A stretch of 53,315 bases of DNA from Clostridia bacterium (GTDB lineage Bacteria > Bacillota > Clostridia > Oscillospirales > QAMX01): NCBI GenBank assembly GCA_017533425.1, contig JAFXIE010000109.1, positions 1 through 53,315 of the forward strand, given 5' to 3'. Under the pieces are notes generated by a model. That model had not been told where the DNA came from. It worked only from the letters and a program-made list of their open reading frames with translations, and made no database searches. Made by a program: the position numbers and the translations under genes. Shown piece by piece: positions 24,206 to 33,614 of this stretch. The first letter of the stretch is position 1; each line of letters starts with the position of its first letter.

Positions 24206-25165
24206 TCATATCATCGCCCGCAGCACCTGCAGGGCGGCGCGGGCGTCGCGCAGGTCGGCGGACTGGAGGGCGGAGCCGAGACCGCGCACGGGCAGGGCGA
24301 GAATGGCGGTGGGGATTCCGGCGGCGGAGAGCTGGATCTGGCCGGCATCGGAGGTGCGGTCGGGGCAAAGCTCCTCCTGCAGGGAAATTCCTGCCTTTTC
24401 TGCGGCATTCCGCAGGGCATCCAGGGCGACGGGGCTGCAGATGCAGCCCTTATCCATCAGCCGCAGCACGGGACCCTTGCCAAGAGCCGCGCCGTCGGCG
24501 CCGGGGACATCCCCCGCGGGGGAGCAGTCCAGCAGGATGGCAAGCTCAGGCGAAACTGCACCCGCGGCAGCGCGCACGGCGCCGTGCTCCACCTCGGCGG
24601 CCGCGGAGAAGCAGAGGGTCACATCGGCATCGCCGGGCATTTCCTCCGCCAGGGCACAGAGAAGGGCGCCGGGCAGGGCGGGATCGATATAATTTGCCGT
24701 GAGGCGATTGCCCAGGCGGCGGGGAGCGTCGCAGAGGAGGGCGGGATCGCCGGGCTTGACGCGGCGGGCGGCATCGGCGCGGCTCCGGGCGCCGATATCG
24801 ATATAGAGCTCGGAGGACAGGGTGGGAGCCTCTTTTTCTGCCCGGATAATTCCCCGCAGGCCGGAGAGGAAGCGAACCTCCCGGTCACACAGGGCGGCGG
24901 GGGAAAGGCGACCCAAAAGACCGAAGCGGACAAAGCCGTCCTTGTCGATATGGGAGGCCATGATGCCGGAGGCATCGGCATGAGCCACAAAAAGCAGCCG
25001 GCGACCCTCTCCGCGGCGGCGGATGAGGAGCTGGCCGAGGTTATCGGCGGAAATTTCCGCCCCGGCGGGCAGAAGCGCCCGGAGGAGGGCATGCCCCTCG
25101 GCCTCAAAGGCGGAGGGAACAGGGTTGGCAGCCAGACGGCTGTAGGCGGAATAGAGATCAGACAT
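24206..25165 (-). CDS. M42-family peptidase paralogue with degenerate active-site motifs
   Basis: Aligns to the two upstream M42 genes but has AHADAS, IDPA, AAAEVEH and VRGLGS where they have HxDE, DDRAG, GEE and H. The ATG at 25165 overlaps the upstream stop. Confidence 0.75.
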   Translation of the reverse strand: MSDLYSAYSRLAANPVPSAFEAEGHALLRALLPAGAEISADNLGQLLIRRRGEGRRLLFVAHADASGIMASHIDKDGFVRFGLLGRLSPAALCDREVRFLSGLRGIIRAEKEAPTLSSELYIDIGARSRADAARRVKPGDPALLCDAPRRLGNRLTANYIDPALPGALLCALAEEMPGDADVTLCFSAAAEVEHGAVRAAAGAVSPELAILLDCSPAGDVPGADGAALGKGPVLRLMDKGCICSPVALDALRNAAEKAGISLQEELCPDRTSDAGQIQLSAAGIPTAILALPVRGLGSALQSADLRDARAALQVLRAMI

Positions 25166-26183
25166 TGTAGATTTCCTCACTTTCGGTGCAGGCGCGGGCG
25201 ATGTCGCACATGGCGCGGATATCCGCAAGGCTTGCGGTGGAGGCGGAAGAGTGAATGGAACGAACGGCAACGGCGATGCCGCCGCAGCGCACGCCCCGGG
25301 CGGAGATATGGATGGCGCCGGCATCGGTGCCGCCGGAAATGTATTCCTTGACCTGGTGGGGCGCGCCGATCCCCTCCGCCGCGGCGCAGAGGGCGCGGAA
25401 CATGGCGGGATGGTAGACGGTGCGGTTGTCCATATAGACCAGCACGGCGCCCTCCCCCTGGCGGCAGACCTTGCGGTGGTCGGGGGTGCCGGGCAGATCG
25501 GCAGCGGTGGTGCCTTCGCAGATGATGGCCCGGTCGGGGCAGAGGGTGTCCGCCAGGAAGGCGGCACCGAGACCGAGCTCCTCGCCGACGGTAAAGCCAA
25601 ACCAGGTGTCATAGGGAAGCTCGCCCTTGCAAAGCTCCATCAGCGCAAGGCAGCCGGCGCGATCGTCCAGAGCCTTGGCCAGCACCCGCCCGTCGCCGTA
25701 CTCGGTGTATTCCGTATCAAAGACCGCCCAGTCTCCGGGGGAGACGACGGCCTCCGCCTCGGCGCGGCTGGTTGCGCCGATATCCACCGAGAGGGAGGAG
25801 AGCTTGGGCACATTCTCCCGCTCTTCCTTTTCAAAAAGATGGATGGCCTTCAGGGAGATGACGCCGGGAACCGCCTTCTCGCCGATGAGAATGCGGCGGC
25901 CGATGAGCACCCGGGGATCAAAACCGCCCACAGTGCCGAATTTCAGCAGGCCGTCCTCCCGGATATGGGTGATGAGAAAGCCCACCTCGTCCATATGGGC
26001 GGCAAAAAGCACGCGATTCTGGGGGCGGTTTTTGCCGCGCTTGAAAACCACCAGGTTTCCGGCGGCGTCGGTGTGCATTTCATCGGCAAAGGGAGCAAGC
26101 TCGGCGCGGATAAAGTCCCGCACCGCGTCCTCATAGCCGGAAATGCCCGGCAGCGCGCACAGGGTGCGCAAAAGCTCTTTCAT
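25158..26183 (-). CDS. M42-family metallopeptidase (glutamyl aminopeptidase / TET-like)
   Basis: AAHMDEVGF, ALDDRAG, VGEELGLG and RSIHS motifs. ATGA overlap with the upstream gene. Confidence 0.9.
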   Translation of the reverse strand: MKELLRTLCALPGISGYEDAVRDFIRAELAPFADEMHTDAAGNLVVFKRGKNRPQNRVLFAAHMDEVGFLITHIREDGLLKFGTVGGFDPRVLIGRRILIGEKAVPGVISLKAIHLFEKEERENVPKLSSLSVDIGATSRAEAEAVVSPGDWAVFDTEYTEYGDGRVLAKALDDRAGCLALMELCKGELPYDTWFGFTVGEELGLGAAFLADTLCPDRAIICEGTTAADLPGTPDHRKVCRQGEGAVLVYMDNRTVYHPAMFRALCAAAEGIGAPHQVKEYISGGTDAGAIHISARGVRCGGIAVAVRSIHSSASTASLADIRAMCDIARACTESEEIYNV

Positions 26184-27217
26184 TTTGCCGCCTCTCTTTC
26201 TGCCAGACCGGCCACGGATACGCAAAGCAGCTTTGCCGCCGCCTCAATATCCGAAAGACAGGCCGTTTCATAGGGAGTGTGCATATATTTGATGGGAATG
26301 GAGATGAGGGCTCCCGTCAGACCGCAGGCGCGGTGCATGGCGGAAAGATTGGTGCCCGTGCCGCCGGAAAGGGGCTCCAGGGTGTAGGGAATCTGCGCCT
26401 CCTCCGCCGCCCTGCGGCAGAGGGCGGTGAGTTCCCGGCCGATGTGCGGACCCGTGCCGAGGGTGGGGCCTTCGCCCATGGGGAAGGTTTCCTCGGGATC
26501 GCTGTCCGGGGTTCTGGCATGGGTCACATCCACCACAAAGCTCCAGGCAGGGGCAAAGCGGTGGGCTGCGGTGCGGATGCCGCGCAGGCCGACCTCCTCG
26601 CCAAAGGAGGCGCAAAGCACCAGATTGAAGGGAAGCGCCTTCTCGCGCAGACCCTCCGCTGCCCGGAGCAAAACATAGAGACCTGCCCGGTCATCCAGCG
26701 ATTTTCCGCAGATCCGGTCGCCGAGCAGGGGCGTCAGCTCCCCACGCAGGGTGACGGGGGAGCCGAGGGGAACCAGTTCCCGCAGCCGATCCTCGGACAG
26801 ACCGGTGTCGATGGAAAGATCCTCCGGCCGGAAGGCCTTCTGCATATCCTCCCGGCGCTGCACATGGGGCGGCAGGCTGGCGATGGAGCCAAAAAGACGC
26901 TCCCGGCCATGGATAATGACCTCCCGGGCGGGCAGCGTCCGCGGATCCAGCCCGATGACGGTAAATTTCAGAAAGCCGCCGGGGGCATAGCCGGTGACGA
27001 GCATGCCGATCTCGTCGGCATGGGCATCCAGAAGGCAGGTGGGTCTGGAAGGGTCAAAGGAATTGACATAAAGCAGGGTGTTGCCAAGACAGTCCCGCTC
27101 TGCGGTGAAGCCCAGAGCCTCTCCCGCAGCGGCAAAGACGGACGCAGGGGCATCCTCCCGGCCGCTGACGCCCTCTGCGGCGCACAGGCGGGACAGAAGT
27201 TGTGGAATTTTTGGCAT
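26180..27217 (-). CDS. M42-family metallopeptidase
   Basis: DAHADEIG, SLDDRAG, FGEEVGLRG and KYMHTPYE motifs. ATG at 27217 with AAGGAG 6 nt upstream. Confidence 0.9.
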   Translation of the reverse strand: MPKIPQLLSRLCAAEGVSGREDAPASVFAAAGEALGFTAERDCLGNTLLYVNSFDPSRPTCLLDAHADEIGMLVTGYAPGGFLKFTVIGLDPRTLPAREVIIHGRERLFGSIASLPPHVQRREDMQKAFRPEDLSIDTGLSEDRLRELVPLGSPVTLRGELTPLLGDRICGKSLDDRAGLYVLLRAAEGLREKALPFNLVLCASFGEEVGLRGIRTAAHRFAPAWSFVVDVTHARTPDSDPEETFPMGEGPTLGTGPHIGRELTALCRRAAEEAQIPYTLEPLSGGTGTNLSAMHRACGLTGALISIPIKYMHTPYETACLSDIEAAAKLLCVSVAGLAEREAAK

Positions 27218-27247
27218 GGGACGCTCCTTTCGCACGGAGAGAGGGGG

Positions 27248-28516
27248 TCATTTCTCCGGGGGAGGCATGACGCTCTTTCCGAATTTGGAATAGATGAAGT
27301 GCTGGCTTGTGTAAAGGCTGTGGGAGCCGGAGAAAATATAGGAAGCAAAGCAGGCCACGGCCAGGGGCAGGAAGGCTCTGCCGCCGAAGAGCTCAACCCC
27401 CAGAATCAGGGAGGCCACGGGGGCGTTGGTGACTCCGCAGAAGAGGCTGACCAGCCCGATGGCGGCGCCAAAGGCGGGGGAGAGGCCGAGGAGGGGAGCA
27501 AGGGTGCAGCCCAGGGTGGCGCCGATGCAGAAGGAGGGAACGATTTCGCCTCCCTTAAAGCCGGTGTTCATGGTAATGGCCGTGAAGCAGAGCTTCAGGG
27601 CAAAGGCGCCGGCGGGAAGGGCGCTGCCGGCAAAGGCGGCATCGATAAGCTCGCTGCCGGTGCCGCTGTAGGCGGTGGTGCCGAGGGCGAGGGTGAGCCC
27701 GAGGAGAAGAAGGCTGCCGGCAAGCACCCGCAGAAAGGGATTGGGGAAGAGCCTGCGGCCGGCGTGGGCAACTCCCTCCGACAGCAGGCAGAAGAGGATG
27801 CTCACCAGCGCGGCGGCAAAGGCGATGAGCCCGACCTTCAGCACAAGCAGGGGAGAGAGGTTGGGAATTGCGCCGATGGCATAGGCGGTGGCGTGTACGC
27901 CAAGCTTTCCGGAGATGTAGGCGGCGGTCAGCGCCGTGAGAAGCCCCGGAAAGAGGGCTGCATCGTAAAGGATGCCCACGCAGACGAATTCAATCACAAA
28001 AATCACCGCGGTGACCGGGGTGCCGAAGACGGCGGCAAAGAGACCGGCCATGCCGCAGAGCATCATCACCCGCCCGTCATCCGCAGAGAGGCGGAACAGG
28101 CGGGAAAGCCATGAGCCGATGGCGCCGCCCATCTGCAGCGCGGCACCCTCCTTGCCGGCGGAGCCGCCGAAGAGGTGGGTGATGGCGGTGCTGATGAAGA
28201 TGAGGGGCGCGATGAGGGGCGAAAGCTGCTTCTCATCCCGCACGGCGTCGATGATCTCGTTGGTGCCCTTGTTGTTTTCAAGCCGCAGCAGGCGGTAGAA
28301 AAGCACGATGAGCGCGCCGGCGGCGGGCAGCAGAAAGATGAGCTTTGGCCGGGCGGAAAACTGCGCGGCGGCAAAATGCAGAAGATGCCAGAAGCCGGCG
28401 CCGACGGCGCCGCAGAGCAGTCCCAGCAGGGCGGCAAGGGCTGTCCATTTCAAAATAGAGCCGCAATAGCGGAAAAAGCGGCCGGCATGCCCGCCGATCC
28501 GGGAATGGAGAGACAT
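27248..28516 (-). CDS. CLC-family voltage-gated chloride channel / anion:proton antiporter, short form (422 aa)
   Basis: GKEGA (gating Glu) and GGEIVPS selectivity-filter-like motifs; about 10-12 TM helices. Confidence 0.8.
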   Translation of the reverse strand: MSLHSRIGGHAGRFFRYCGSILKWTALAALLGLLCGAVGAGFWHLLHFAAAQFSARPKLIFLLPAAGALIVLFYRLLRLENNKGTNEIIDAVRDEKQLSPLIAPLIFISTAITHLFGGSAGKEGAALQMGGAIGSWLSRLFRLSADDGRVMMLCGMAGLFAAVFGTPVTAVIFVIEFVCVGILYDAALFPGLLTALTAAYISGKLGVHATAYAIGAIPNLSPLLVLKVGLIAFAAALVSILFCLLSEGVAHAGRRLFPNPFLRVLAGSLLLLGLTLALGTTAYSGTGSELIDAAFAGSALPAGAFALKLCFTAITMNTGFKGGEIVPSFCIGATLGCTLAPLLGLSPAFGAAIGLVSLFCGVTNAPVASLILGVELFGGRAFLPLAVACFASYIFSGSHSLYTSQHFIYSKFGKSVMPPPEK

Positions 28517-28544
28517 GGGGAAAAACCTTCTTTTAGCGGAAATA

Positions 28545-28570
28545 TCGGGCCGTCGCAGAGGACGGCCCGA
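28545..28570 (-). terminator. hairpin after the sugar isomerase gene
   Basis: tcgggccgtc-gcagag-gacggcccga with a weak T-run. Confidence 0.45.
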
Positions 28571-28582
28571 AGGTGGATTTGC

Positions 28583-29305
28583 TTATTTCTCGAGGCTCTT
28601 TAAGTAGGCAAAGCAGGTGGTGACCTCGGTCACGCTGTCGGGCTGGTGGTTCTCGCTTTCCACCACCATGGGCAGACCGAGCTCGATGGCCTTGGCATAC
28701 ACGGCGGCCACGGGGGCATCGCCCTGGCCGAGGGGTGTTCCGGTGCCGTCGGGATGGCCGTCCTTGACGTGGATGGAGACCAGGCGATCCTTCAGACGCT
28801 CCATGAGGGCAACGGGATCCTGACCTGCCTTGAAGGCCCAGAAGGTGTCGATCTGCAGGGTGATATTGGTGCGGGCGATGAGCTCCTCCTCCACAATTTT
28901 GCCGTAGGAGGTGGGGATGAACTCGCGGGAATGGTTGTGGAAGGAGAGACGCATACCCTCGGCAGCAAGCTTCGGGCCGTAGACATTGCAGAAATCGATG
29001 AAGGCATCGAGCTTCTCCTCGGTGGAGAAGTCAAAGCCGGGAACGATGATATCGCGGGTGCCGATGGTCTTGTGGAAGGCGACCTGACCCTCGAAATCGG
29101 CCATGATAAGCTCATGGGGGGTGTGGGTGCTGCTGCAGGTGAGGCCGTATTTATCCAGCCAGCCGCGGACGGTTTCGGCGCTGTGACCGAAGAAGCCGGC
29201 AAATTCCACGGATTTGTAGCCGATCTCCGCCACGGTGCGAAGAACGCCCTCCAGATCCTTATCGGTCAGATCGTAGAGACTGTAGAGCTGAATGCCGTAA
29301 TTCAT
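28583..29305 (-). CDS. sugar phosphate isomerase/epimerase (xylose isomerase-like TIM barrel)
   Basis: MNYGIQLYSL...GYKSVEFAGFFGH and IHVKDG motifs. Confidence 0.85.
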   Translation of the reverse strand: MNYGIQLYSLYDLTDKDLEGVLRTVAEIGYKSVEFAGFFGHSAETVRGWLDKYGLTCSSTHTPHELIMADFEGQVAFHKTIGTRDIIVPGFDFSTEEKLDAFIDFCNVYGPKLAAEGMRLSFHNHSREFIPTSYGKIVEEELIARTNITLQIDTFWAFKAGQDPVALMERLKDRLVSIHVKDGHPDGTGTPLGQGDAPVAAVYAKAIELGLPMVVESENHQPDSVTEVTTCFAYLKSLEK

Positions 29306-29442
29306 AGTTTTTTATACCCCTTTACTATAGACGGATTTGCTTTTGCAGGTATATAATATACCCTCGGCGCTTTTTTTGCAATATGCCAAAAGAGAAAAAT
29401 CGGCGGCGGCGGATATTTGTGCAAATCACTTTAACGATTTAG

Positions 29443-29471
29443 TTGACTAAAGCGCTAAAGTATGGTATGAT
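29443..29471 (+). promoter_or_regulatory. promoter of the his operon
   Basis: TTGACT (29443-29448), 17 nt, TATGAT (29466-29471). Confidence 0.6.
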
Positions 29472-29534
29472 ATCCGGTATATAATAGAGAAGTGTACCGT
29501 CCTGCGGACGGCGGAAAGGATTTGAGCACCGGCT

Positions 29535-30638
29535 ATGAAAGAGACAGAGAAGGTTCTGCGGGGCAGAGAGCTGCTGGAGCTGCGCCTGCGCAGCCTCTAT
29601 GAGCGTTACGGCTATTGCAAATACCGCATGAGCCGATTTGAGGAATACAGCCTCTATCTGGAAAACCGAAATTTCCTCAAGAGCGACCGGATCATCACCT
29701 TTACCGATGACCGCGGCAAGCTTTTGGCCTTGAAGCCGGATATCACCCTCTCCATCGTCAAGGGCGCGGGGCGGGATGCCGCGGCGCGGGTCTATTACAG
29801 CGAGAATATCTTCCGTGCCGCCTCCGGCTCCGATGAGATGCGGGAAATGCGCCAGGTGGGTCTGGAGCATATCGGCCGGGTGGATCTGTACACCGAGAGC
29901 GAGGTGCTCATGCTCGCGCTGGAAAGCCTTGCCGCCGTGGGGCGGGATTACATCATGGGCATTTCCCACCTGGGACTGGTGACGGGACTTCTGGATGCCA
30001 CCGAGCTTCCCGCCGCGGAAAAGGAGAAGCTTTCCCTCTACATCGGCAGTAAAAATGCCCATGAGATCGCGGCGCTGTGCGCCGCCTCGGGCGTCGGTCC
30101 GGCTCTTGCGGAAAAGATCTGCGCCCTTGCCGGCATTTACGGCACCTTCCCGGAGCGCATGGATGCCCTGCGCGGGCTGGTGGTCAACAAATCCACCGAA
30201 TCGGCGGTGGAGGAGCTGTGCGCCCTGTATGAGATCCTTGCGGAGGCGGGCTACGGCGATCGGATCCGGGTGGATTTCTCCGTGGTCAATGATCTTTCCT
30301 ATTATAACGGTATCACCTTCCAGGGCTTTGTGGAGGGCGTGCCCGAGAGCGTGCTTTCCGGCGGCCGGTATGACAATCTGCTCCACCGCATGGGACGCAG
30401 CGGCGAGGCGCTGGGCTTTGCCCTCTATATGGATGCGCTGGAGCGCACCCTGGAGGCGGAGGCGCTGCCGGAGGCGGACATTCTCTTCCTCTATCCGGAG
30501 GATGCGCCGGCGGCGGATGTGGCCAGAGCCGTGCGGCAGCTTTCCCGGGAGGGGCGGGTATACGCCGCCCTGACGGAGCCGGAGAATATGAGCTTCTGCC
30601 GCAGGGTTGTCTATGCGGCGGGGGAGGTGCAGGAATGA
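29535..30638 (+). CDS. hisZ: ATP phosphoribosyltransferase regulatory subunit
   Basis: HisRS-like fold without an anticodon domain (LRSLYERYGY, LALKPDITLSIVK). It sits immediately upstream of a short-form hisG. Confidence 0.9.
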   Translation: MKETEKVLRGRELLELRLRSLYERYGYCKYRMSRFEEYSLYLENRNFLKSDRIITFTDDRGKLLALKPDITLSIVKGAGRDAAARVYYSENIFRAASGSDEMREMRQVGLEHIGRVDLYTESEVLMLALESLAAVGRDYIMGISHLGLVTGLLDATELPAAEKEKLSLYIGSKNAHEIAALCAASGVGPALAEKICALAGIYGTFPERMDALRGLVVNKSTESAVEELCALYEILAEAGYGDRIRVDFSVVNDLSYYNGITFQGFVEGVPESVLSGGRYDNLLHRMGRSGEALGFALYMDALERTLEAEALPEADILFLYPEDAPAADVARAVRQLSREGRVYAALTEPENMSFCRRVVYAAGEVQE

Positions 30639-31264
30639 AAATGCTCAATATTGCCCTGCCCAAGGGTCGTCTCGGCGAAAAAGCCTACGGTATTTTTGAA
30701 AAAATCGGCTACGGCTGCCCGGAGATCCGGGAGGACAGCCGCAAGCTCATCTTTGAGAATGCGGAGAGCGGCGTCCGCTATTTCTGGGCAAAGCCCTCGG
30801 ATGTTGCCATCTATGTGGAGCGCGGCGCGGCGGATATCGGCATAGTCGGCAAGGATATTCTGCTGGAATACGGGCCGGATGTTTACGAGCTGCTGGATCT
30901 CGGTCTCGGAAAGTGCCGCATGGCGGCGGCGGGCCCCAAGGGGCGCCGTCCCAGTCCCGACCGCACCCTCCGGGTGGCCACCAAGTTTTCCCGCATTGCC
31001 CGGGCCTATTACGAATCCCGGGGACGGGAGATCGATATCATCCATTTAAACGGCTCCATCGAGATCGCCCCGCTGCTGGATCTTTCCGATATCATCGTGG
31101 ATATCGTGGAAACGGGCAGCACCCTGCGGGAGAATGATCTGGAGGTTTATGAGGAGATCGTTCCCATCAGCGCCCGCCTTGTGGCAAATAAAGCGGCATA
31201 CAAGTTCAAAAGCGCGGAGATCGAGCGCATCTGCGCCGCCCTGCGCGGGGAATTGGAGAAATAA
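30635..31264 (+). CDS. hisG: ATP phosphoribosyltransferase, short form
   Basis: MLNIALPKGRL...DIGIVGKD...VDIVETGSTLREN. Confidence 0.95.
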   Translation: MKMLNIALPKGRLGEKAYGIFEKIGYGCPEIREDSRKLIFENAESGVRYFWAKPSDVAIYVERGAADIGIVGKDILLEYGPDVYELLDLGLGKCRMAAAGPKGRRPSPDRTLRVATKFSRIARAYYESRGREIDIIHLNGSIEIAPLLDLSDIIVDIVETGSTLRENDLEVYEEIVPISARLVANKAAYKFKSAEIERICAALRGELEK

Positions 31265-31267
31265 AAA

Positions 31268-32548
31268 ATGATTTCAGTATACGATCTGACCCGGGGGGAC
31301 ACCCCGGAGATCTTTGACAGAACGGCAGAGGCCGCGATGGTCACCGAAAGGGTGGCGGAGATCCTTGCCCGGGTGCGGGCGGAGGGCGATGCCGCGGTGC
31401 TGGAATATGAGCGCCGCTTTGACCGGGCGGAGATGACCGCGCCGGAGCTTTCCCCCGAGGCATGGGAAGAGGGCGCCGCTGCGGTGGAGCCGGAATTTGT
31501 GGAAATTCTGCGGGAGGCGGCGGAAAACATCCGCGCCTTCCATGAAAATCAGCTGCGCCGGGGCTTTGAAACGCGCCGCGAGGACGGCGTGGTGCTGGGG
31601 CAGTGCGTGCGCCCCCTCGCCCGGGTGGGCATCTATGTCCCCGGCGGCACGGCGGCCTATCCCTCCACGGTGCTGATGAATGCCATTCCCGCAAAGCTTG
31701 CGGGGGTGGAGGAGGTTATCATGACCACCCCGCCGGGACCGGACGGGAAAATTACCCCGGCCATCCTCGCGGCGGCCAAGATCGCCGGCGTGGACCGCAT
31801 CTTCCGCATGGGCGGTGCCCAGGCGGTGGGCGCCCTCAGCTACGGCACGGAAACGGTGCCCCGGGTGGATAAAATCGTCGGCCCCGGCAACTGCTATGTG
31901 GCCGAGGCAAAGCGCCAGGTTTACGGCCTGGTGGATATCGATATGATCGCCGGCCCCAGCGAGATCCTCGTCATTGCCGACGGGGCATCCAACCCCGCCT
32001 TTGTGGCGGCGGATCTCCTCTCCCAGGCGGAGCATGACCGCATGGCCAGCGCCGTTCTCGTTACCGAATCGGCAGACCTCGCAGCGGCCGTATCCGCAGA
32101 GCTGGAGCGGCAGATCCCCCTGCTTTCCCGGGCGGAGATCGCGCGGGAATCCATCGACCGGCGGGGACGTATTCTCATCACCTCCGACATCGCCGCGGCG
32201 GTGGAGCTGGCAAACGAGCTGGCGCCGGAGCATCTGGAGATCTGCACCGAGGATCCCTTCCGCTGGCTTCCCGCGGTGAAAAATGCCGGGTCGGTCTTCC
32301 TGGGACGCTGGTGTCCCGAGGCGCTGGGCGATTATTTTGCCGGCCCGAACCACACGCTGCCCACCTCCGGCACGGCACGCTTTGCAAGCCCCCTGTCGGT
32401 GGATGACTTTATCAAAAAATATTCCTATACCTATTACACGAAGGATGCCCTTGCGGAGGTGTATGAAAAGATCGGCCGCTTTGCCGACCGGGAGGGTCTC
32501 GGCGCCCACGCAAAGAGCGTGCGCATCCGCTTTGAGGAGGAGAAATGA
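31268..32548 (+). CDS. hisD: histidinol dehydrogenase
   Basis: YVPGGTAAYPSTVLM and SQAEHD motifs. Confidence 0.95.
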   Translation: MISVYDLTRGDTPEIFDRTAEAAMVTERVAEILARVRAEGDAAVLEYERRFDRAEMTAPELSPEAWEEGAAAVEPEFVEILREAAENIRAFHENQLRRGFETRREDGVVLGQCVRPLARVGIYVPGGTAAYPSTVLMNAIPAKLAGVEEVIMTTPPGPDGKITPAILAAAKIAGVDRIFRMGGAQAVGALSYGTETVPRVDKIVGPGNCYVAEAKRQVYGLVDIDMIAGPSEILVIADGASNPAFVAADLLSQAEHDRMASAVLVTESADLAAAVSAELERQIPLLSRAEIARESIDRRGRILITSDIAAAVELANELAPEHLEICTEDPFRWLPAVKNAGSVFLGRWCPEALGDYFAGPNHTLPTSGTARFASPLSVDDFIKKYSYTYYTKDALAEVYEKIGRFADREGLGAHAKSVRIRFEEEK

Positions 32549-33609
32549 GCCGCTTTCTCGATGCCCGCTTTGCGGGGCTGACGCCCTATGTTCCCGGCGA
32601 GCAGCCCCGGGGCTTTGATTATATCAAGCTCAACACAAACGAGCTGCCCTATCCCCCGGCGCCGGCCGTTGCCGCTGCCGCGGAGATGGAGGCTCGCCGC
32701 CTGCAGCTCTATTCCGACCCGGAAAGCCGGGAGCTCAAGGAGACCCTGGCCGAGGTCTACGGCCTTTCTCCTCAGGAGGTCTTTGTATCCAACGGCTCCG
32801 ATGAGATTCTCTCCTTTGCCTTTATGGCCTTCTGCGGAGAGGGGCGGGGAGCCGCCTTTCCCGATATCACCTACGGCTTTTACCGGGTTTACGGCGAGCT
32901 TTACGGCGTGGATTGCGACATCCGCCCCCTGCGGGAGGATTTCAGCATAGATCCGTCGGATTATTTCGGCAACGACCGCATGGTGGTCATTGCAAACCCC
33001 AATGCCCCCACGGGCATGTGCCTTTCCCTTGCGGATATCCGGGAGATCCTGCGGCACAATCCCGATGTGCCGGTGCTCATCGACGAGGCGTATGTGGATT
33101 TCGGCGGGGAAAGCGCCCTGGCGCTTCTGCCGGAGTATGACAATCTGCTGGTTGTCCGCACCTTTTCCAAATCCCGGGCGCTGGCCGGTGGCCGGCTGGG
33201 CTTCTGCTTTGGCTCGGAGGGGCTGATCCGGGATCTTGAGACCATCAAGTTCTCCACAAATCCTTACAATCTGGATCGCATGACCCAGGCGGCGGGCATC
33301 GCCGCCCTGCGGGATGGTGAATATTTTGAAAAAACCGTGGGCGCGGTCATCAAAACCCGCGAGGAGACGGCGGAAAACCTCAGAAAGCTGGGCGCGCGGG
33401 TGCTGCCCTCCCGGGCAAACTTCCTCTTTGTCTCCCTGCCGGGCATTCCCGGCGCGCAGGTGCTTGCCGCCCTGCGGGCGCGGGGGATCCTCGTGCGGCA
33501 TTTTTCCGCCCCCCGCATTTCCGATTTTGTCCGCATCACCGTCGGCACGCCGGAGCAGATGGATAAGCTCTGCGCCGCCCTGGCCGATATCATCAATTCG
33601 GAGGAATGA
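32545..33609 (+). CDS. hisC: histidinol-phosphate aminotransferase
   Basis: KLNTNELPYPP and RTFSKSRALAGGRLG (PLP lysine) motifs. Confidence 0.95.
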   Translation: MSRFLDARFAGLTPYVPGEQPRGFDYIKLNTNELPYPPAPAVAAAAEMEARRLQLYSDPESRELKETLAEVYGLSPQEVFVSNGSDEILSFAFMAFCGEGRGAAFPDITYGFYRVYGELYGVDCDIRPLREDFSIDPSDYFGNDRMVVIANPNAPTGMCLSLADIREILRHNPDVPVLIDEAYVDFGGESALALLPEYDNLLVVRTFSKSRALAGGRLGFCFGSEGLIRDLETIKFSTNPYNLDRMTQAAGIAALRDGEYFEKTVGAVIKTREETAENLRKLGARVLPSRANFLFVSLPGIPGAQVLAALRARGILVRHFSAPRISDFVRITVGTPEQMDKLCAALADIINSEE

Positions 33610-33614
33610 TCACT

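Noticed and set aside
26279-28114. 611-aa plus-strand ORF over the M42 and CLC genes
   Set aside because: Antisense shadow spanning two real genes. No start context.
28517-28582. Fluoride riboswitch upstream of the CLC gene
   Set aside because: The spacer is only 66 nt and holds a terminator-like hairpin. None of the conserved crcB-motif segments are present.
29306-29534. T-box or attenuator leader for the his operon
   Set aside because: Only about 60 nt lie between the predicted -10 element and the hisZ start, with one short hairpin (accgtcc-tgc-ggacggc). There is no specifier loop, T-box sequence or His-codon leader peptide.
29439-30386. 315-aa minus-strand ORF opposite hisZ
   Set aside because: Antisense shadow. 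The hisZ reading frame and operon context are clear.
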